DNA from: Octopus bimaculoides
Taxonomy: Eukaryota
NCBI RefSeq assembly: GCF_001194135.2
Contig: NC_069000.1
Location: 43,988,851 to 44,052,850, forward strand
DNA: 64,000 nucleotides
Reading direction: 5' to 3'
Below the pieces are notes generated by a model. The model did no database searches. It was not told where the DNA came from and saw only the letters and a program-made list of their open reading frames with translations. Of the stretch, positions 12,547 through 60,400 are shown in pieces (position 1 is the stretch's first letter; each line of letters begins with the position of its first letter). A program made the translations under genes and the position numbers.

Positions 12547-15500
12547 GATGTTGTTGTCTCTTCCATGCTTCTAGAAAAGACAGGAAACTGGCAGTGAGGG
12601 AGAGAAAAAAACAAAGTCAATGAAACTACGCTCTGAAATATCTACCACTGATTTTTTTGCAAGTCACCGCTTCACTAGATACAGAAAAGAAAATAAGTAA
12701 ATAAATAATTATAAATAAATAAGTAAAAAAAAAAATCACTGACTTTATTTTCTTCAGATTTTTTTCTATCTCCTGCTGCTGATGTAACAGAGGAAAACCG
12801 TAGAAGCTGTTGGTTGAGTGGAAAACATTAAGTTTATCTTAGGGATATTTCATCCAACATTATTGATAACAGGAAATTTAATCTGCAGTCACGGATAGTC
12901 TAGCAGTTTCGAACACTATTTAACCTTCAATTTTTCATTCTGTGCCACTGTCAGATGAGATAACGAAGAGTAAAAGACACCAGGACATCTGGTTTAGCAG
13001 ATTCCACTAATACTGTGTTAGTTTTGTGTTTTGTTTTGTGTTTTTATCTGCATTTAATAGTGCACATGTAATAAATAACCAGATCCCCAGGATCGTTGAG
13101 TCTGACCAAAACCAAGAACTTTACCTTTGGAATTCTCATTTAACAGAACCCATGAAAGCCCCAGGAGATTTTAGTTTAGCTGATGCAGACAACCTTGTCT
13201 TTGGAATTTTCACCTAACACTCCTAAAGTGGCAGAAGGTAAAAATCACAGGGAAAACAAGTTTAACCAATTCCACAAACCTAGTCTCAGACATTTCATCT
13301 ATGACAACTGATATGAACAGAAAATAAAAACTGAAAAAAAAACAACTGGTTTAGTTTTTACCGGATTTGACAAAATTCTTTCTTTGGAATTTTTACTCTT
13401 GCCTCTGATGTGAGTTAATTAAAAAGGTGAGTACAGCTTGAACAGTTAATGTTAAATTTCTCATAAAGAACTTCTTTCTTTCTTTTTTTTTCTTCTTTTT
13501 TGGGGGGGCTTATTATTGATATGGCAGTAGTAAAAACAGTCACAACTTCTGCCTATTCCATTTTTGATTCTAACATCTCTGGGGTTGCTTTTGCTTCAGG
13601 TTTTAAAAGCAGGAGTTCTCAACCATTTTTTTTTTTTTTATCAAAGGACCCCTTTGATTACTATTTCATTCTGGTAGACCTCACCCCCGCCCATAATTAT
13701 TTGATATTTAAAAACTAGTTTCATTGATACTTCTTTCAAAATTCCTATTTTGTTTTCAACACTAATGTGTTGGGTTGGTTGAACAATAACACACACTGGA
13801 AAAAGAAACCACGCTGTTTCTTACAATACATATAAATACAGTCTAAAGCAACATTTTTTTTAGGGACCCCTTGAAATACTGTTATGGATCCCCAATTTTC
13901 TATTTTGTTAGATCCTCAAAAGTCTTATATGGCCCCTCAGAAGTAATATTCTGACCCCAGTTAATAACTGCTGTTTTTAAGTGATCCAAATTAAAAATTC
14001 CATCAAAACTTTATCATAATTTATGCTCCAAACACTAGATTAATGATGACAAAGTTATTTTACAAAATTCTTCATTATTTTCAAAATTAATTGAAACAAA
14101 TATGGTAACCAAAGTGTTAAAGTGATCTAAATTAAAACCTTCTTTGAAGAAAGCTGCATATTGATTTATGTTCTAAACACCTTTTGTGTCCAGATTATTC
14201 TGTCAAATGTAATGCTTATTTATTCAGCTTTGAGTTTGTTATACATGATCTCACAACTTTAAAATTTCAATGATGTGATAATATTTTTTAGAATGGCATC
14301 ATAGAATAGGTGTAAGAGGTTGGATCTGGCTTGCTTGAACATAAAATAGGTAGAATATTTCAGCTGGATGCAGCCATTTAAATTGCTAAATGGTTAATAA
14401 TGACAAAGTCAATTTTTTAAAGTTCTTCATTATTCGTAAAATTACAAAATGGTTAACTATTTGGTAAGAAGTTTGCTTCCCAACTACATGGTTCTGGGTT
14501 CAGTCCCACTGTGTGACACCTTGGGCAAGTGTCTTCTACTATAGCCTCGGGCCAACCAAAGCCTTGTGAGTGGACTTGGCAAGCGGAAACTGAAAAAAAG
14601 CTCTTCATATATATGTATAAATATGTGTGTACCTCTGTGTGTGAATGTGCATCTGTTCGTGTGTGTGTGTGTATATGTATANNNNNNNNNNNNNNNNNNN
14701 NNNNNNNNNNNNNNNNNNNNNNNNNNNNNNNNNNNNNNNNNNNNNNNNNNNNNNNNNNNNNNNNNNNNNNNNNNNNNNNNNNNNNNNNNNNNNNNNNNNN
14801 NNNNNNNNNNNNNNNNNNNNNNNNNNNNNNNNNNNNNNNNNNNNNNNNNNNNNNNNNNNNNNNNNNNNTATATATGATTCCTTTCAATTTTTTATATTGT
14901 GTATGTATGCATACATATATATATATATATATGGGAGAATGTACGAAAAAACGAGAGAGCGAGAGAGAGAGAGAGGCATTTATGTAGATAAACAAATTAG
15001 ACTCATCAAATATATTAAATACATAAAAAAACAAAACCTGTATATATGTTTACATGCAAAATGCGAGAAAGCGGAAGGTGGAAACTTTCAGATCATGAAT
15101 TTTGATGTATAAATATATATTTATATTAGTAGGTCCAACTTACACAGAGAATAAATGACAGAGAAAATTGTGTGTGTGTCATTATTCAGTTTATTTCAAG
15201 ATTTCTTACCAATAGAGAAAGAACTGGTTTCTAACCTAGCTCCACTGCTCCTTCATTGGAATTTCAACATCAACAACAGGGTAGTTTTGTTTGTACAAAT
15301 GCTTGTGATTATTCAGTTTATTTCAGGATTTCTTGCCAATAGAGAAAGAACCGGTTATGTATGTATGTATGTATGTATGTATGTATGTATGTATGTATGT
15401 ATGTATGTATGGGGTAAGCAGATGAAAGATATAAACAAAAACAACAACAGTCAAAAGCACATACACAATGAGTATATTAGATTGGCACTCGAAGAAAGTT

Positions 15501-15679
15501 CCAGATCGAAAAAGAAAGTAATGTGACACTGGAAGCATGGTTCTTTGTCAGAAAAAGGTAAAAAGGAAAAAGTACAGAGAGAAGGAAAAGGAATGGTCCA
15601 AAGAAAGCAGCATGTGTGTCAATTGTGCTGAGTCCAAAGTTTTGCAGTATTTTGGTAACTTGTTTGCTTGGTTCATCAA

Positions 15680-15960
15680 GTTCCAATAAAAGCAGCCGTG
15701 CATTCAAAGAAGAGACCTTTCTGCCAGTTCTCTGATCCCAAACTGCTACTCGTTCTTGTCCTTCAAGTCAAAGAATTTCTTTACTGAAGCTTCCACCTTC
15801 TCTTGGTCGATGTAGAAAGTAAACCATGGATTTGAACAAGTAATTATCGAAGGGAGCTAAGTCTGAACCGTAAGCCGAGTGTGCCTTCAGTTTGATCTCC
15901 TCAAGTTCCCGGTGTTTATTCAGGGCCGTTCAAATGGTATGAGGTCTTGTGTTGTCTCAC
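15680..15960 (-). mobile_element. Degenerate mariner transposase remnant
   Basis: - strand HSAYGSDLAPFDNYLFKSM...GIRELAER resembles the mariner HPPYSPDLAPSDY...GI.L.ERW segment. Confidence 0.6.
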
Positions 15961-16039
15961 TGCAGAAGGAAAAAATATATATATATAGATAACTGACCCA
16001 GAACTACCAAGCCAGTTATAAAAATGATAAAAAATGGAG

Positions 16040-16650
16040 AAGACCCCCAAAACGAACCTATACTACAATGATGAGATTGAAACCAGACCACCTAATTTCT
16101 GGTTGTAAAGTTTTAGCACCTATAGAGTATAAATCAAGGCATGACAGAGTTGGACAATATTTATACTGGTTAATATGTCAGCATTATAATATCAGAACTG
16201 CTGACAAATGGTACAAGCACCACCCTGAGGCTGTAACTGAGGGAGAAAATGTAACGATTTTTAGGGACTTTCCAGTACATACAGACCGGGCCATTAAAGC
16301 TAATAAACCGGATATTGTTGTGAAAGACCAAAACAATGAAGTCTGTTTAGTGATTGACATGAACGTACTCTGTGGCCATGATATCTCGACAAAAGAATTT
16401 GGTAAACTCAGAAAATATAAAAATTTGATGATTGAAATTGAAAAGACGTGGCATCTTAAGGCAGTTACAATACCAATGATTGTTGGAGCACTTGGATTGA
16501 TCAAAAAAGGGAACTGGAAATTATTTGGGAATGATCCCTGGCTTACAGTTCCTACAAGAAGTGCAAATGATTGTCTTAAATGCTACGTCATTCATATTGA
16601 GAAGAGCATTGTCGATGTGAGACTGATTATAACTCATGTATTTTAATATT
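16040..16650 (+). mobile_element. Non-LTR retrotransposon 3' fragment with restriction-like endonuclease (R4/Dong-like)
   Basis: HLISGC...RHDRV...TDRAIKANKPDIVVKD...CLVID...KLRKYKNL..EIEKTW: zinc-knuckle remnant plus PD-(D/E)xK motif. Confidence 0.85.
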
Positions 16651-17227
16651 TTTCTTTTTTTTTACATAACTTTATTTGATGTTCAAAACGAACGATCTGA
16701 TGTGTTTAGTTTAATGGCCAATCAATGTATACATGGCGTGTCTTTGCCCTAGGAGTCGGGAAGGCAGTCAGCAAGAAATGGAAACACAACCGAAAGAAAA
16801 ACACATATTTATGATGAAAATGGTGATGGTGATGGTGATGGTGATGGTGATGGTGATGGTGATGGTGATGGGGGGCAGCAGAAGTAGTAGTAGTAGTAGG
16901 AGGAGGAGGAGGAGGAGGAGGAAGAAGAAAAGGAATAAAAAATAAGAACAAAAAAATCCACATGACATGGAAAATTGTGGGAAAATTGCTTTTAACTATG
17001 TTATCTTACATAATCTCTTTTTTCTTTTTTTTTTTGTCAGTCAACAGCGTGGCGTTTGCAGGACAATTGGCTGCAGTTTCTTGTTAGTCTGATGACCTAA
17101 TAAAAGCTCTCTCTTCATTTCTTCTTCCTAATATTGTTTTTGTTGTTGCTGTTGTTGCTTCTGTGAATATATTTTAAATGATTTCAGAAATTTATTGCCA
17201 TTTATTTCAGATTATTCCTGGATAACG

Positions 17228-49430
<32,203 letters not shown>

Positions 49431-50467
49431 NNNNNNNNNNNNNNNNNNNNNNNNNNNNNNNNNNNNNNNNNNNNNNNNNNNNNNNNNNNNNNNNNNNNNN
49501 NNNNNNNNNNNNNNNNNNNNNNNNNNNNNNNNNNNNNNNNNNNNNNNNNNNNNNNNNNNNNNNNNNNNNNNNNNNNNNNNNNNNNNNNNNNNNNNNNNNN
49601 NNNNNNNNNNNNNNNNNNNNNNNNNNNNNNNNNNNNNNNNNNNNNNNNNNNNNNNNNNNNNNNNNNNNNNNNNNNNNNNNNNNNNNNNNNNNNNNNNNNN
49701 NNNNNNNNNNNNNNNNNNNNNNNNNNNTTTTTTTTTTTTTTTTTTTTTTACTTTGTTTCCATGTCCGTTTTCAAATTTTCACAAGAATTTATTGGAGAAA
49801 TTTTTTTTTTAAAAATTAATAAACCAAAATAAATTATAAGAAAGAAGAGGTCTGTATTTAATGAAGGAAGGAAGATGGACAAATGAATAGACTGACAGAG
49901 AAACAGAGAGACAGTTTTTCTTATTATTTTTATAGTAAGGTGGTGAGCTGGCAGAAACATTAGCATGCTGGGCAAAAGATTTAGTGGCATTTCAACTGTG
50001 TCTTTAAGTTCCGAGTTCAAATACCGCCAAGGTCAACTTTGTTTTTCATCCTTTCGAGGTTGATAAAATAATTACCAGTTGCTTACTGGGGTCGATGCAA
50101 ATCGACTCATCTCTTCCCCTGAAACTGCTGGTCTCATGCCAAAATTTAAAACCATCATTATTATTATTATTTTTAATATTTTATTACTTTTGTTACTCGT
50201 TTATTTATCAGAGTTCAATTTCTGTGAATAAAATTGATTTATAAACAGTTTGAATAACGAGAAATAGAAAATAAAAACAGTCTGGTGGGGAGCGGGTGGG
50301 ATGAGGAATAAATACCAGGACATTTGACTTCAAATGATAACTAGTCTGGGTAGGGGACAGGGGAGCTGTTAGTGAACATTAAGTGATAGACAGTAGTGTA
50401 GTGAACACAAAAAATAGTGAACAGTGAAGGGGAGGGAGAGAGATGGTTTAAAAGCACACAAATATAT

Positions 50468-50504
<37 letters not shown>

Positions 50505-50910
50505 AGTATCTTCAAAAACTTACAGAAATATACATACACAGGTGTACACACACATGTATACCCTACACACACATATATACATAATATAAACATATTCATA
50601 ATACTAAACATATAGCTACATACACATATATATGAATATATACAACGATAAACAGCTACATAAACTAATATGTATCTGCATACAAATACACCTACATAAA
50701 TACACATGTATATATACAAATATAAACATATACATGCACACACACACACACATCACACAAACATACACATACTTATTGATACACATACTTATAGATACAC
50801 ACACACACACACACACACACACACGGTAGCTGGGCCACAGAACAGCAGAGATTACTGTATGACTAGTGAACAGTTGGAGGAGGAGGAGGGGGAGGAAGCA
50901 GCTGGGAGAA

Positions 50911-51627
50911 TCAATAGAGATCTGCAACTTGATATTGGCGGAGCTGGGCCACAGCTACTTTCCATCGTTCCATCCACTGGTCAAACGTTAAGCCGTTTAC
51001 TTTAACCCATGGCACGGCATGTTGAGCAGGCTGGGTTTCCCTGTGGAAAACAAAACAAAAAAAAAAAAGATGTACACATATCATCACCATCATGATCATC
51101 ATCATCATCATCATCAAACATCCATTGTCCATGCTGGCATGGGTTGGATGGCACGCTGGAAGCCAGCACCAGACTTCAGTCTGATTTGCCATGGTTTTCT
51201 AACGCCAACCACTGCAAGAGTGTAATGGGTGCTTTTACATGCGACCAGCATGGGTGCCAATTTACATGACATCAGTATCAGCCACAACAGCTATTTTGCT
51301 CGGTTTAATGGGTCTTCCCAAGCACGACATAATGCCAAACGTCTCAGTCATAGCTTCCGTGAGGCCCATATTCAAATATATATATATATACATATATATA
51401 CATATATACACACACATATATATATATGTAGACACACACTGGAATACTAGACCTCAAAGCAAATAATGCCATGAATGATAGCCTATAAATATTGAGTTAA
51501 AAAAGTCAAAGGCCGCCCAATATTTACATGCTATTGTCTATAGCTTTATGTGCTTCGAGATCCATTATGCCAACGAAAGGAATTATTTCACTTTCTCTCC
51601 AAAGTTAATAAATAATTATGGCATGAA

Positions 51628-51658
<31 letters not shown>

Positions 51659-51899
51659 TCATAATCATCATCATTTAACATCCGTTTTTCCATGCTGGCA
51701 TGGGTTGGACAGTTTGACAGGTGCTGGCAGGCTGAAGGACTGCACAGTCGTCTGTTTGGTTGCATGCCCTTCCTAACGCCAGCCACTCTACAAAAATGTA
51801 CTGGGTGCTCTTTTACCTGGCACTGGCACAGGTGCTTTCTACATGGAGCCAGCATGGGTGCCCTTCATATGGCGCTGGGACCGGTGCTTACACACTCAC

Positions 51900-51930
<31 letters not shown>

Positions 51931-52188
51931 TATATACACCGAGTAACATCATTATTATCATCATTATATATTTGGGAGTTTTGCCATGGTTATACACACT
52001 GCAGAAATGGTAAAGAATGAATGAATGAATAAAGAACAAAGACAAATTTAGCAATTGGCCCCTTACCATTCTTCGATTCGGTGCTTCAGCACTGCCAGGG
52101 AATCAATGTCCGACATAACATTCTTCAGGTCCTGCTTCAGATTCTGGNNNNNNNNNNNNNNNNNNNNNNNNNNNNNNNNNNNNNNNNN

Positions 52189-52231
<43 letters not shown>

Positions 52232-55200
52232 ATAAACAATATATAAGTATATGTCCCTGTAACCCAGCAGTTCAGCAAAAGCGATCGATAGAAAAAGTAC
52301 CAGGCCAAAATATTTGGCACTGGGGGCATAGGGTCAATTCCAGCATCATTTAATGTCCATTTTCCAAGCTGGCATGGGTTTGATGGTTTGAGAGGAGCCA
52401 GTAGGTTAGAGAGTCACACACCTTCGAGATGGTGCCCCAGCATGACCACAGCCCAACGACTGATACGAGGAAAAAGGGAGACTGCAAACAGTTAAAATAA
52501 ATTGAAATGTGAATTACCTCCAAGTTTCTCAATGATTTCCACTTCGTTTCCAGAATCAGATTGTTTCGAGGTTGCATCGGTGGCAAGATTTTGCACCAAC
52601 TGATTCTTCATAATGTCCGCTTTCAATTGGCTGATGTGAGACAATATATGCTCTGGGGCCTAATATAAAAAAAAAGTACAAACAGCACAGAGCTTTTTAC
52701 TTAATAAATCACCATCATCATCATTTAGCGTTTGTTTCCCATGTTGGACGATCTGTCAAGAACTGATGAGGCCTGGAGCCATACTAGGCACCATTTGTCT
52801 GTCTTGGAATGCTTTCTGTGTGCCAATGGCATGTAAAAAGCACCATCCAAACGTGGTCAATGTCAGTGCTGCCTCACTGGCTACTGTGCCAGTGGCACGT
52901 AAAAGGCACCCACTACACTCTTGGAGTGGTTGGCATTAGGAAGGGCATCTAGCTGTAGAAACCTTGCCAGATCGGAATGGAACCTGGTGCAGCCTCCTGG
53001 CTTCCCAGTCCTCAGTCAAACCGTCCAACCCATGCCAGCATGGAAAGCAGACGTTAAACGATGATGATGATGATGATGATTCACACAGTTTGGAATTAAT
53101 CTTGCATTATCTTGCAGCTTCAAGATTCTGATAAGGTAACTTAATTTATAGAATGATATTGTAGGGTTGGTGCGAGAGGCCAAATCTGACCAGCTTGAAC
53201 ATAAAACAGGCAGAACGTATTGGCCAGGTGTGGCTGGATGTGACTGGTTTTAAATTGAAAGAGTTAAACAATCACACCATTGAAACCTCGAAGTTATGAG
53301 ATAATGCAGGATTAAACCAAAATGATGTGAATAAATAAGGATTAGATTTGACAGAATAACCTGAATACGAAAGGCTTAAAGGATTATCTCTTGGTTTCAG
53401 TAATCCACATGAAACTCACCTTAAACATCGGGAAGTCTACTGCTCTAAGAATTTCTCGGAGACAGTTCTTGGAGTTGAGTACAAAATCTGGATTCAGCTG
53501 GTTTATAGACAGTTCGGTTCTGGGGATTTTACATCTGAAAATATTAAATGTAGATTAAAACAACACCCCAGGGAATTCGTTGTTACTGTATCCATGCTTG
53601 TGAAGGCATGTGGCCCAGTGGTTAAGGTATTGTACCTGCAATCATGAGATCAAGGTTCCATTTCTCAGATAGTGACAACGTGAAGATGGGAAGAAATAAA
53701 CACTCCCACATATACAAACATACTCACACACACACAGAGGCAAATACACACACATACACACATACATACATATACAACAGATACTCATTTAACGTCCTTT
53801 TTTCCGCGCTGGCGTGGGTTAGACGGTTCGACAAGAACACAGCAGCAGCAGTAACACAAGGAGCGAAAAAGTTTCAACTTGCTAAAACTTTCGTCTTAAA
53901 AATGGAAGGACGACTTTGTTCATTTAGCACTAAAAATACCGAATAAAAATGGAATGGGCGTGGTTGGAACGTCTACGGCGTAAAAGCCAGCCTGGGACGA
54001 AACTAAGCTACAGTAACTACGTCAATAACCCAATGAAGAGTAGAAATAGAAGAAGGGAGATAACCACGAAAGGCATATAACGGTGAAGAAACCAGAGTTG
54101 TTTCCCTTCGGTAAGTAAACTTCTGCGAACCAGTGAGGGAGGGTTTGTTGCTCGATTTTCTAATGTGCCACTGGGGCAGGAGCCAGTCAGGTGGACCTGG
54201 CATCGACCACATTTGGATGATTTTTTACGTGCCACCAGAAAAAGAGCCAGTCAGGGGGCACCGGCCCCATCTACAATATTGGTTTTACTTGACTATNNNN
54301 NNNNNNNNNNNNNNNNNNNNNNNNNNNNNNNNNNNNNNNNNNNNNNNNNNNNNNNNNNNNNNNNNNNNNNNNNNNNNNNNNNNNNNNNNNNNNNNNNNNN
54401 NATATATCCACATATACACACACCAATTTGGGATGCTTTCACAGGCATTCACCTTTTGCTCCTCTACCGTGTCCTCCAGCATTTCTTTATCTAAAGCAGG
54501 GGTTTTCAAACTGTGGTCCGCAAGGACAAGACAGGGGGTCCGTAGACAGCAAATACTTTTTATGGGCAATTTGATTTTATATATGTTTTTTAATCGAAAT
54601 CTTTTAATTGACAATGAACCTATTTGTTAAATACTGTTAAATAAATAAATGTAAAAATGTTATTTTAAGCAAATATTTATGTATAAATTTCATAAGCGTT
54701 TATAAGGGGGTCCCTAAGGTAAAGCCTGAAATATAATGGGGTCCGCAAGTCAAAAAGTTTGAAAACCCCTGATCTACAGTACTACCAACCAGTACACACA
54801 CACTTTGTGGCCCAAGTTACCTTTATTCCCACCCAACACCTCTGCTTACCTTTATCCCCCTATCCACCTCCCTTTCACCCCTTGGATGCCTCCAAGCCTT
54901 TCGCTCCCCCACAGTATCTCTCTTCCACCATCCTCCCCTCACTGCCACTTCTCCCTCAACGTTGTGGGACCCAGGTATCATATCTGAACTTCCCCCCATC
55001 GACATCCACAGGAAGAGTCCAAGTCAACCCCTACCCTAAGACGAACCATCGAAATTAAGAATGCGGGACCCACGATGCAAGACCTAGTTAACACCCCAAC
55101 ATCAGCCTGCGGCATCAACATAAGACCAATGCCTTCTGTCCTAACTTACAAATCAGCATCAATGGTATGAGACCAAAGTGACCCCCCCTCCCTACCACTC

Positions 55201-57375
55201 ATACAATCAACCATTGACATGCAACCAAGGTATTACATCTTAACTTATTACCCATTGACATCAACCGTCATCAGATGCGGCAATGAAACGTCGAGGAATT
55301 TGGTCACTTCATCTGTGATCGCATTTTTAAGGTCCCCCTCAAAATGCCGAACAGATTCCTTGTGTGGGGCGAGTTTCTCTTCAACAAAGTTTACCATCTG
55401 TAAGTAGAAATGTATAAACAGCAGATAAATAAATCATCATCATTTAACGTCTGTTGTCCATGCTGGCATGGGTTGGACGGGTTGACTGGGCTGGCACACT
55501 GGAAGGCTACACCAGACTCCAGTCTGATTTGGCATGGTGTTCTATGGCTGGATGCCCTTCCTAACACCAACCACTCCAAAAGTGTAATGGGTGCTTTTAA
55601 GTGCTGCCGGCACGGGTGCCATTTGCATGACACCAGTATCTGCCACAACTGTGATTTTACTTGGCTTGTGGGTCTTCTTCTCAAGCACGACATTATGCCA
55701 AAGGTCTCCGTCATTGCCTCCGTGAGGCCCAACACTCGAAAGACACTTCAAAGGTCTCAGTCACAGCCTCCGTGAGGCCCAACATTCAAAAGGTGCTGCA
55801 AAGGTCTCAGTCAATGCCTCTGTGACGACAAACACTCAAAGCCTTTACCTACATTAGTTTCAAATTTTGGCACACATGAGCAGTAATTTTTGGGGGAGGG
55901 ACTAGTCGATTACATTGACCCCAGACAACTTCAGTGAGATTTGAACTCAGAACATAGAGACTATGAAATACTACTAAGCATTTCACCCAGCATGCTAATG
56001 ATTCTACCATTTCACCACCTTAATAATAATGATGATGATGATGATGATGATGATAATAATAATAATGGTTTCAAATTTTGCCAGAAGAGCAGCAATTTTG
56101 GGGGAGGGGATGGGTTGATTACATTGACCCCAGTGTTTCACTGGTACTTAATTTATCAACCCTGAAAGGATGAAAGGCAAAATCAACCTCGGCAGAATTT
56201 GAACTCAGAACGTAGCAACAAGCAAAATACCACTAAGTATTGCATCCAGCGTGCTAATGATTTGACTAGCTTGCTGCCTTAATAATAATGATGGTGGAGG
56301 TGGTGGTGGTGATGATAATAACGTTGTTGCAAGCTTGCAGAATCGTTAACACTGTGGGCAAAACGTTTAATAGCATTTTGTTTGTCTTTACATTCCAAGT
56401 TCAAGTTCTGCCGAGGCTGATTTCACCTTTTATCCTTTCAGGGTCACTAAAACAGGAACCAGTTGAATACTGGGGATCAATGTAATTGACTTACCCTTGC
56501 TCCGAAATTGCTGGCCTTGTGCCAAAATTTGAAACCATTATTTTTATTACCTCTGCCTTTGCTAATGGCGGAGGTATTGTTTTCAGTCGGCTTCGGTTGA
56601 AATTTAAAAAATACCTGTTTTATAAAAAAAAATGCGAAGAAATTCAGGTGGGATGATGATTACCTGAATATGGCCGTTATCTAGCTCGCTCTTGGATGAG
56701 TAGAAATCTTGATGGAGGTCTTGAATCAGATCACTTTTCTTTTGCTGACAAAATTAANNNNNNNNNNNNNNNNNNNNNNNNNNNNNNNNNNNNNNNNNNN
56801 NNNNNNNNNNNNNNNNNNNNNNNNNNNNNNNNNNNNNNNNNNNNNNNNNNNNNNNNNNNNNNNNNNNNNNNNNNNNNNNNNNNNNNNNNNNNNNNNNNNN
56901 NNNNNNNNNNNNNNNNNNNNNNNNNNNNNNNNNNNNNNNNNNNNNNNNNNNNNNNNNNNNNNNNNNNNNNNNNNNNNNNNNNNNNNNNNNNNNNNNNNNN
57001 NNNNNNNNNNNNNNNNNNNNNNNNNNNNNNNNNNNNNNNNNNNNNNNNNNNNNNNNNNNNNNNNNNNNNNNNNNNNNNNNNNNNNNNNNNNNNNNNNNNN
57101 NNNNNNNNNNNNNNNNNNNNNNNNNNNNNNNNNNNNNNNNNNNNNNNNNNNNNNNNNNNNNNNNNNNNNNNNNNNNNNNNNNNNNNNNNNNNNNNNNNNN
57201 NNNNNNNNNNNNNNNNNNNNNNNNNNNNNNNNNGGAAGAGCTTCCAGCCAAAGTAGGAACCATGTCAAAGTAGACACTGGAGCTTGATGATATCGTATGA
57301 GCCATCAGGTTCTGTGAAACCATCCAACCCATGCAGATATTAAACGATATTAAATGATGGCGATAGTGGTGGCGG

Positions 57376-57407
<32 letters not shown>

Positions 57408-60400
57408 ATGGTGATGATGATGATGGTGGTGTTGGTAGTGGTGATGATGGTGGTGATGATGATTGTAGTGATGGTAATGGTGGTGGTGGTGATAAGGGTG
57501 GTGGTGGTGGTGATGATGAGGTTATGATGATGATGATTGTAGTGATGACGATGATGACGACAATGATGATGATGTCCAGTTAACTGAAATTCGGCCATGT
57601 GCTTGTGGGAAGAAGGGAAGAAAAGAAAAACAATTTGAATTTATTTTCTCTTCCTCTACTGGAAACAATAAAACAACACAGCAAGTGACCAGTGGTCAGT
57701 TGTGTGAAACCAAGGATTAAAAGGGGCGACTCACAATTAACATTTGCATGTTCTCGATCCTTTCATGTTTCTTCTCCAGGAGCTTCTTCTCTCCATCTCC
57801 TTTCAGAAGCTCCTCTCTCAGTCGGCAGGTTTCTTTCTCAAGGCAACACATGGAGGCCTCAAGACCGGCAACTTGAACTTCTCTCTGCAACAGTTCCCTA
57901 TATTGCAACAGAGAACGGTAAAAAGAATATCATACTGAATGACATCATCACCATCAGCATCATCATCTGTCCATTTCCCATGACAAGAATTCACACACAT
58001 ACATACACACGCATACATGCACGCACACACATATATGCAATGAGTTTCTTTCAGTTTCCGTCCAGCAAATCCACTCACAAAGCTTTGATCTGCCAGGGGC
58101 TAGAAGACACAGGCCCAAGATGCTGCGAAGTAGGATTGAACCACATGGTTGCTTGCTCCTTAACCACACACTTTCTCACTTCTTGACCGTTAAACTAATA
58201 CATCTGTTTGCTGTTTATACACCAGTCTTCGTCTTTTGTTTTGTTTTGTAAATTCCAACTATATATATATATATATATACATCACAAATACATACATATA
58301 TAAAAATGCATGTGTGTGTGTGTGTGAGTGTATTAGTGTCTCCATGTCTTAACCTTGTGTGTGATAGTTGTACAGAGACTTCACTGTCATACAAGCAATG
58401 TCATTTGTTTCCAGTCTTCTATGGAAACAAGTCTGGGCAACAGGAAGCTCAGTCCAGCTATTAACAAACCCTCCTCCACAAATGTAGCCCACTCCATGAC
58501 AGCATGGAAAAGTGGACATTAAAACAATGATGATGATGAGGACAATGATCATGATGGTGATGGAGATGTTTCTACATCACAAAAAGAAAAGAAATGGAAA
58601 TGGAAAGAGGTTCAAGAACCCTGAAGATTGCTTACTTAGCCATCAACATCTTTTGTGGATCATCATCAAGAATCTCCTCCAGGAAGGCGTTGGCCACTTT
58701 GAGCATCTCTTCCACTTGAAGTTTATCTTTCTGGTTTTGTGTCTGCAGATTCTTCGTGTTGATGTGGTTCATTATGTGAGATTTCTGGCTTTCCTAAAAA
58801 ACAAAAATTAAAAAAAAAACTTTGCTGTTTTTATGTATATACGTAGGAGTGGCTGTATGGTAAGTAGCTTGCTGACCAACCACATGGTTCCAGGTTCAGT
58901 CCCACTGCGCGGCACCTTGGGCAAGTGTCTTCTACTATAGCCTTGGTGGCTTTGAGATTCCAAAGGTGTGATTGTTTATTTTTAGAATGGCTTTGTAGGG
59001 TAGGTGTAAGAAGCCAGATCTGGCCTGTCTGAGCATATTTGGGCCAGATATGGCTAGTTCAAATGCTAAAGGGTTACGGGTAAAAAAAATACAAAAAGGA
59101 AAGTAATAGGAACCAAGCAAATTTTGAGTAAGGTTTACTGTTCTGGGCCCCTGTTTCAACCAGGCTAGCAGCAGCCCTTTAAATCACCTCCTACAAATAC
59201 CACACACTTTACTAAGGAGAACATTTTCTGAAGAACTTACAGATATCAGCTGATAGACATTCTGCTGGAGAATTTGGTTTGAAGTTGAACTGTTTGATGT
59301 CTGATCTTCATATTTTTTCCTGCAAAACAACAGAAAATTACATAATGGTTTCAGGTTTTTGGCACGAGGCCAACAATTTCAGGAAAGGGGCTGAAGTCAT
59401 TTACATCATCCCCCGTGCACAACTGGTATTCATTTTATTGACCCCGCCTGAAAGGATGAAAGACAAAGTTCAAAGTTGACTTCGGCGGAATTTGAACTCA
59501 GAATGTAGCGAACGGGCAAAATACCACTAAGCATTTCGTCCAGCGTGCTAACGATTCTGCCAGCTAGCCACCTTAATAATAATAATAATAATAATAATAA
59601 TCTTACTTTAATTTTGAAAGTTCTGCTTCAAAATCTAATTCTGTGGTTTTCTGGCTCAAACTGCAACTCGCAGCATTTGTCATATTTATCAAAGTTTCCA
59701 TAATGTTGCTTGCAGAGAACTTCCCCATGGTTGATTCCACCGTTTCCTGCCAGTTCCTTTGTAATATTTCCTTATCATCTTGGTTCCAACTGAGAGAACA
59801 AATGCAAAAGCGAGAAAAAAAAAGAACAAAAATGAAAAAATAAAAAAAAAGCAAAAAGAAATATTTCACAAAGTTAATTGGTTGAGTGGTTAAGTGCTGG
59901 ATGGGCAACATACTCTGAGATTGTGGGTTCAAGTCTACTTGATGTCTCTCAAGTTTCTTTTCTACAGAAAAATTTATTCTGACATTAGAGGGCTGATGGT
60001 AGTCTCCTGGAGTCTGAGAAAGATGGTTCAGAAATTTCTTTCTGCTCAACGACCGACACAAATGATTTTTTGTTTCTAGTGATCGAATGAATGTGCTGTG
60101 CATTAGCTCATTGCCTCCATTGAGATGTTAAGGTCAAACAACAACAACAACAGTAACAAAAAACCCTGTTAAAATTAATGAAATACTTACAGAGCTTGGT
60201 TGTTCTGGTGCATATCCAAGAGGTCTTTGTATATTTTCTCAATATTTTCACGAACATTTTTCTGGGTGGGGAAAAAAAAATAAAAAGGGAAGAAATTATT
60301 TTAACATGAGTTTATAAGGGAACATCTTACAAAAATTGAGCATCAGATAAGCATGTGTATGTATGTGTGTGTGTATGTACTGAGAGCCGAGAATGTGTGA

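Noticed and set aside
54452-54490. - strand mini-exon DKEMLEDTVEEQK next to the hAT MITE
   Set aside because: Phases (1 to 0) do not fit between HAUS5 exons 55252-55397 (ends phase 2) and 53420-53534 (starts phase 2).
57234-57311. - strand open segment NLMAHTISSSS... with a cag acceptor inside HAUS5
   Set aside because: Flanking exons 57735-57897 and 56664-56744 join in phase 0 and match the expected HAUS5 spacing. The acceptor derives from a SINE-like repeat.
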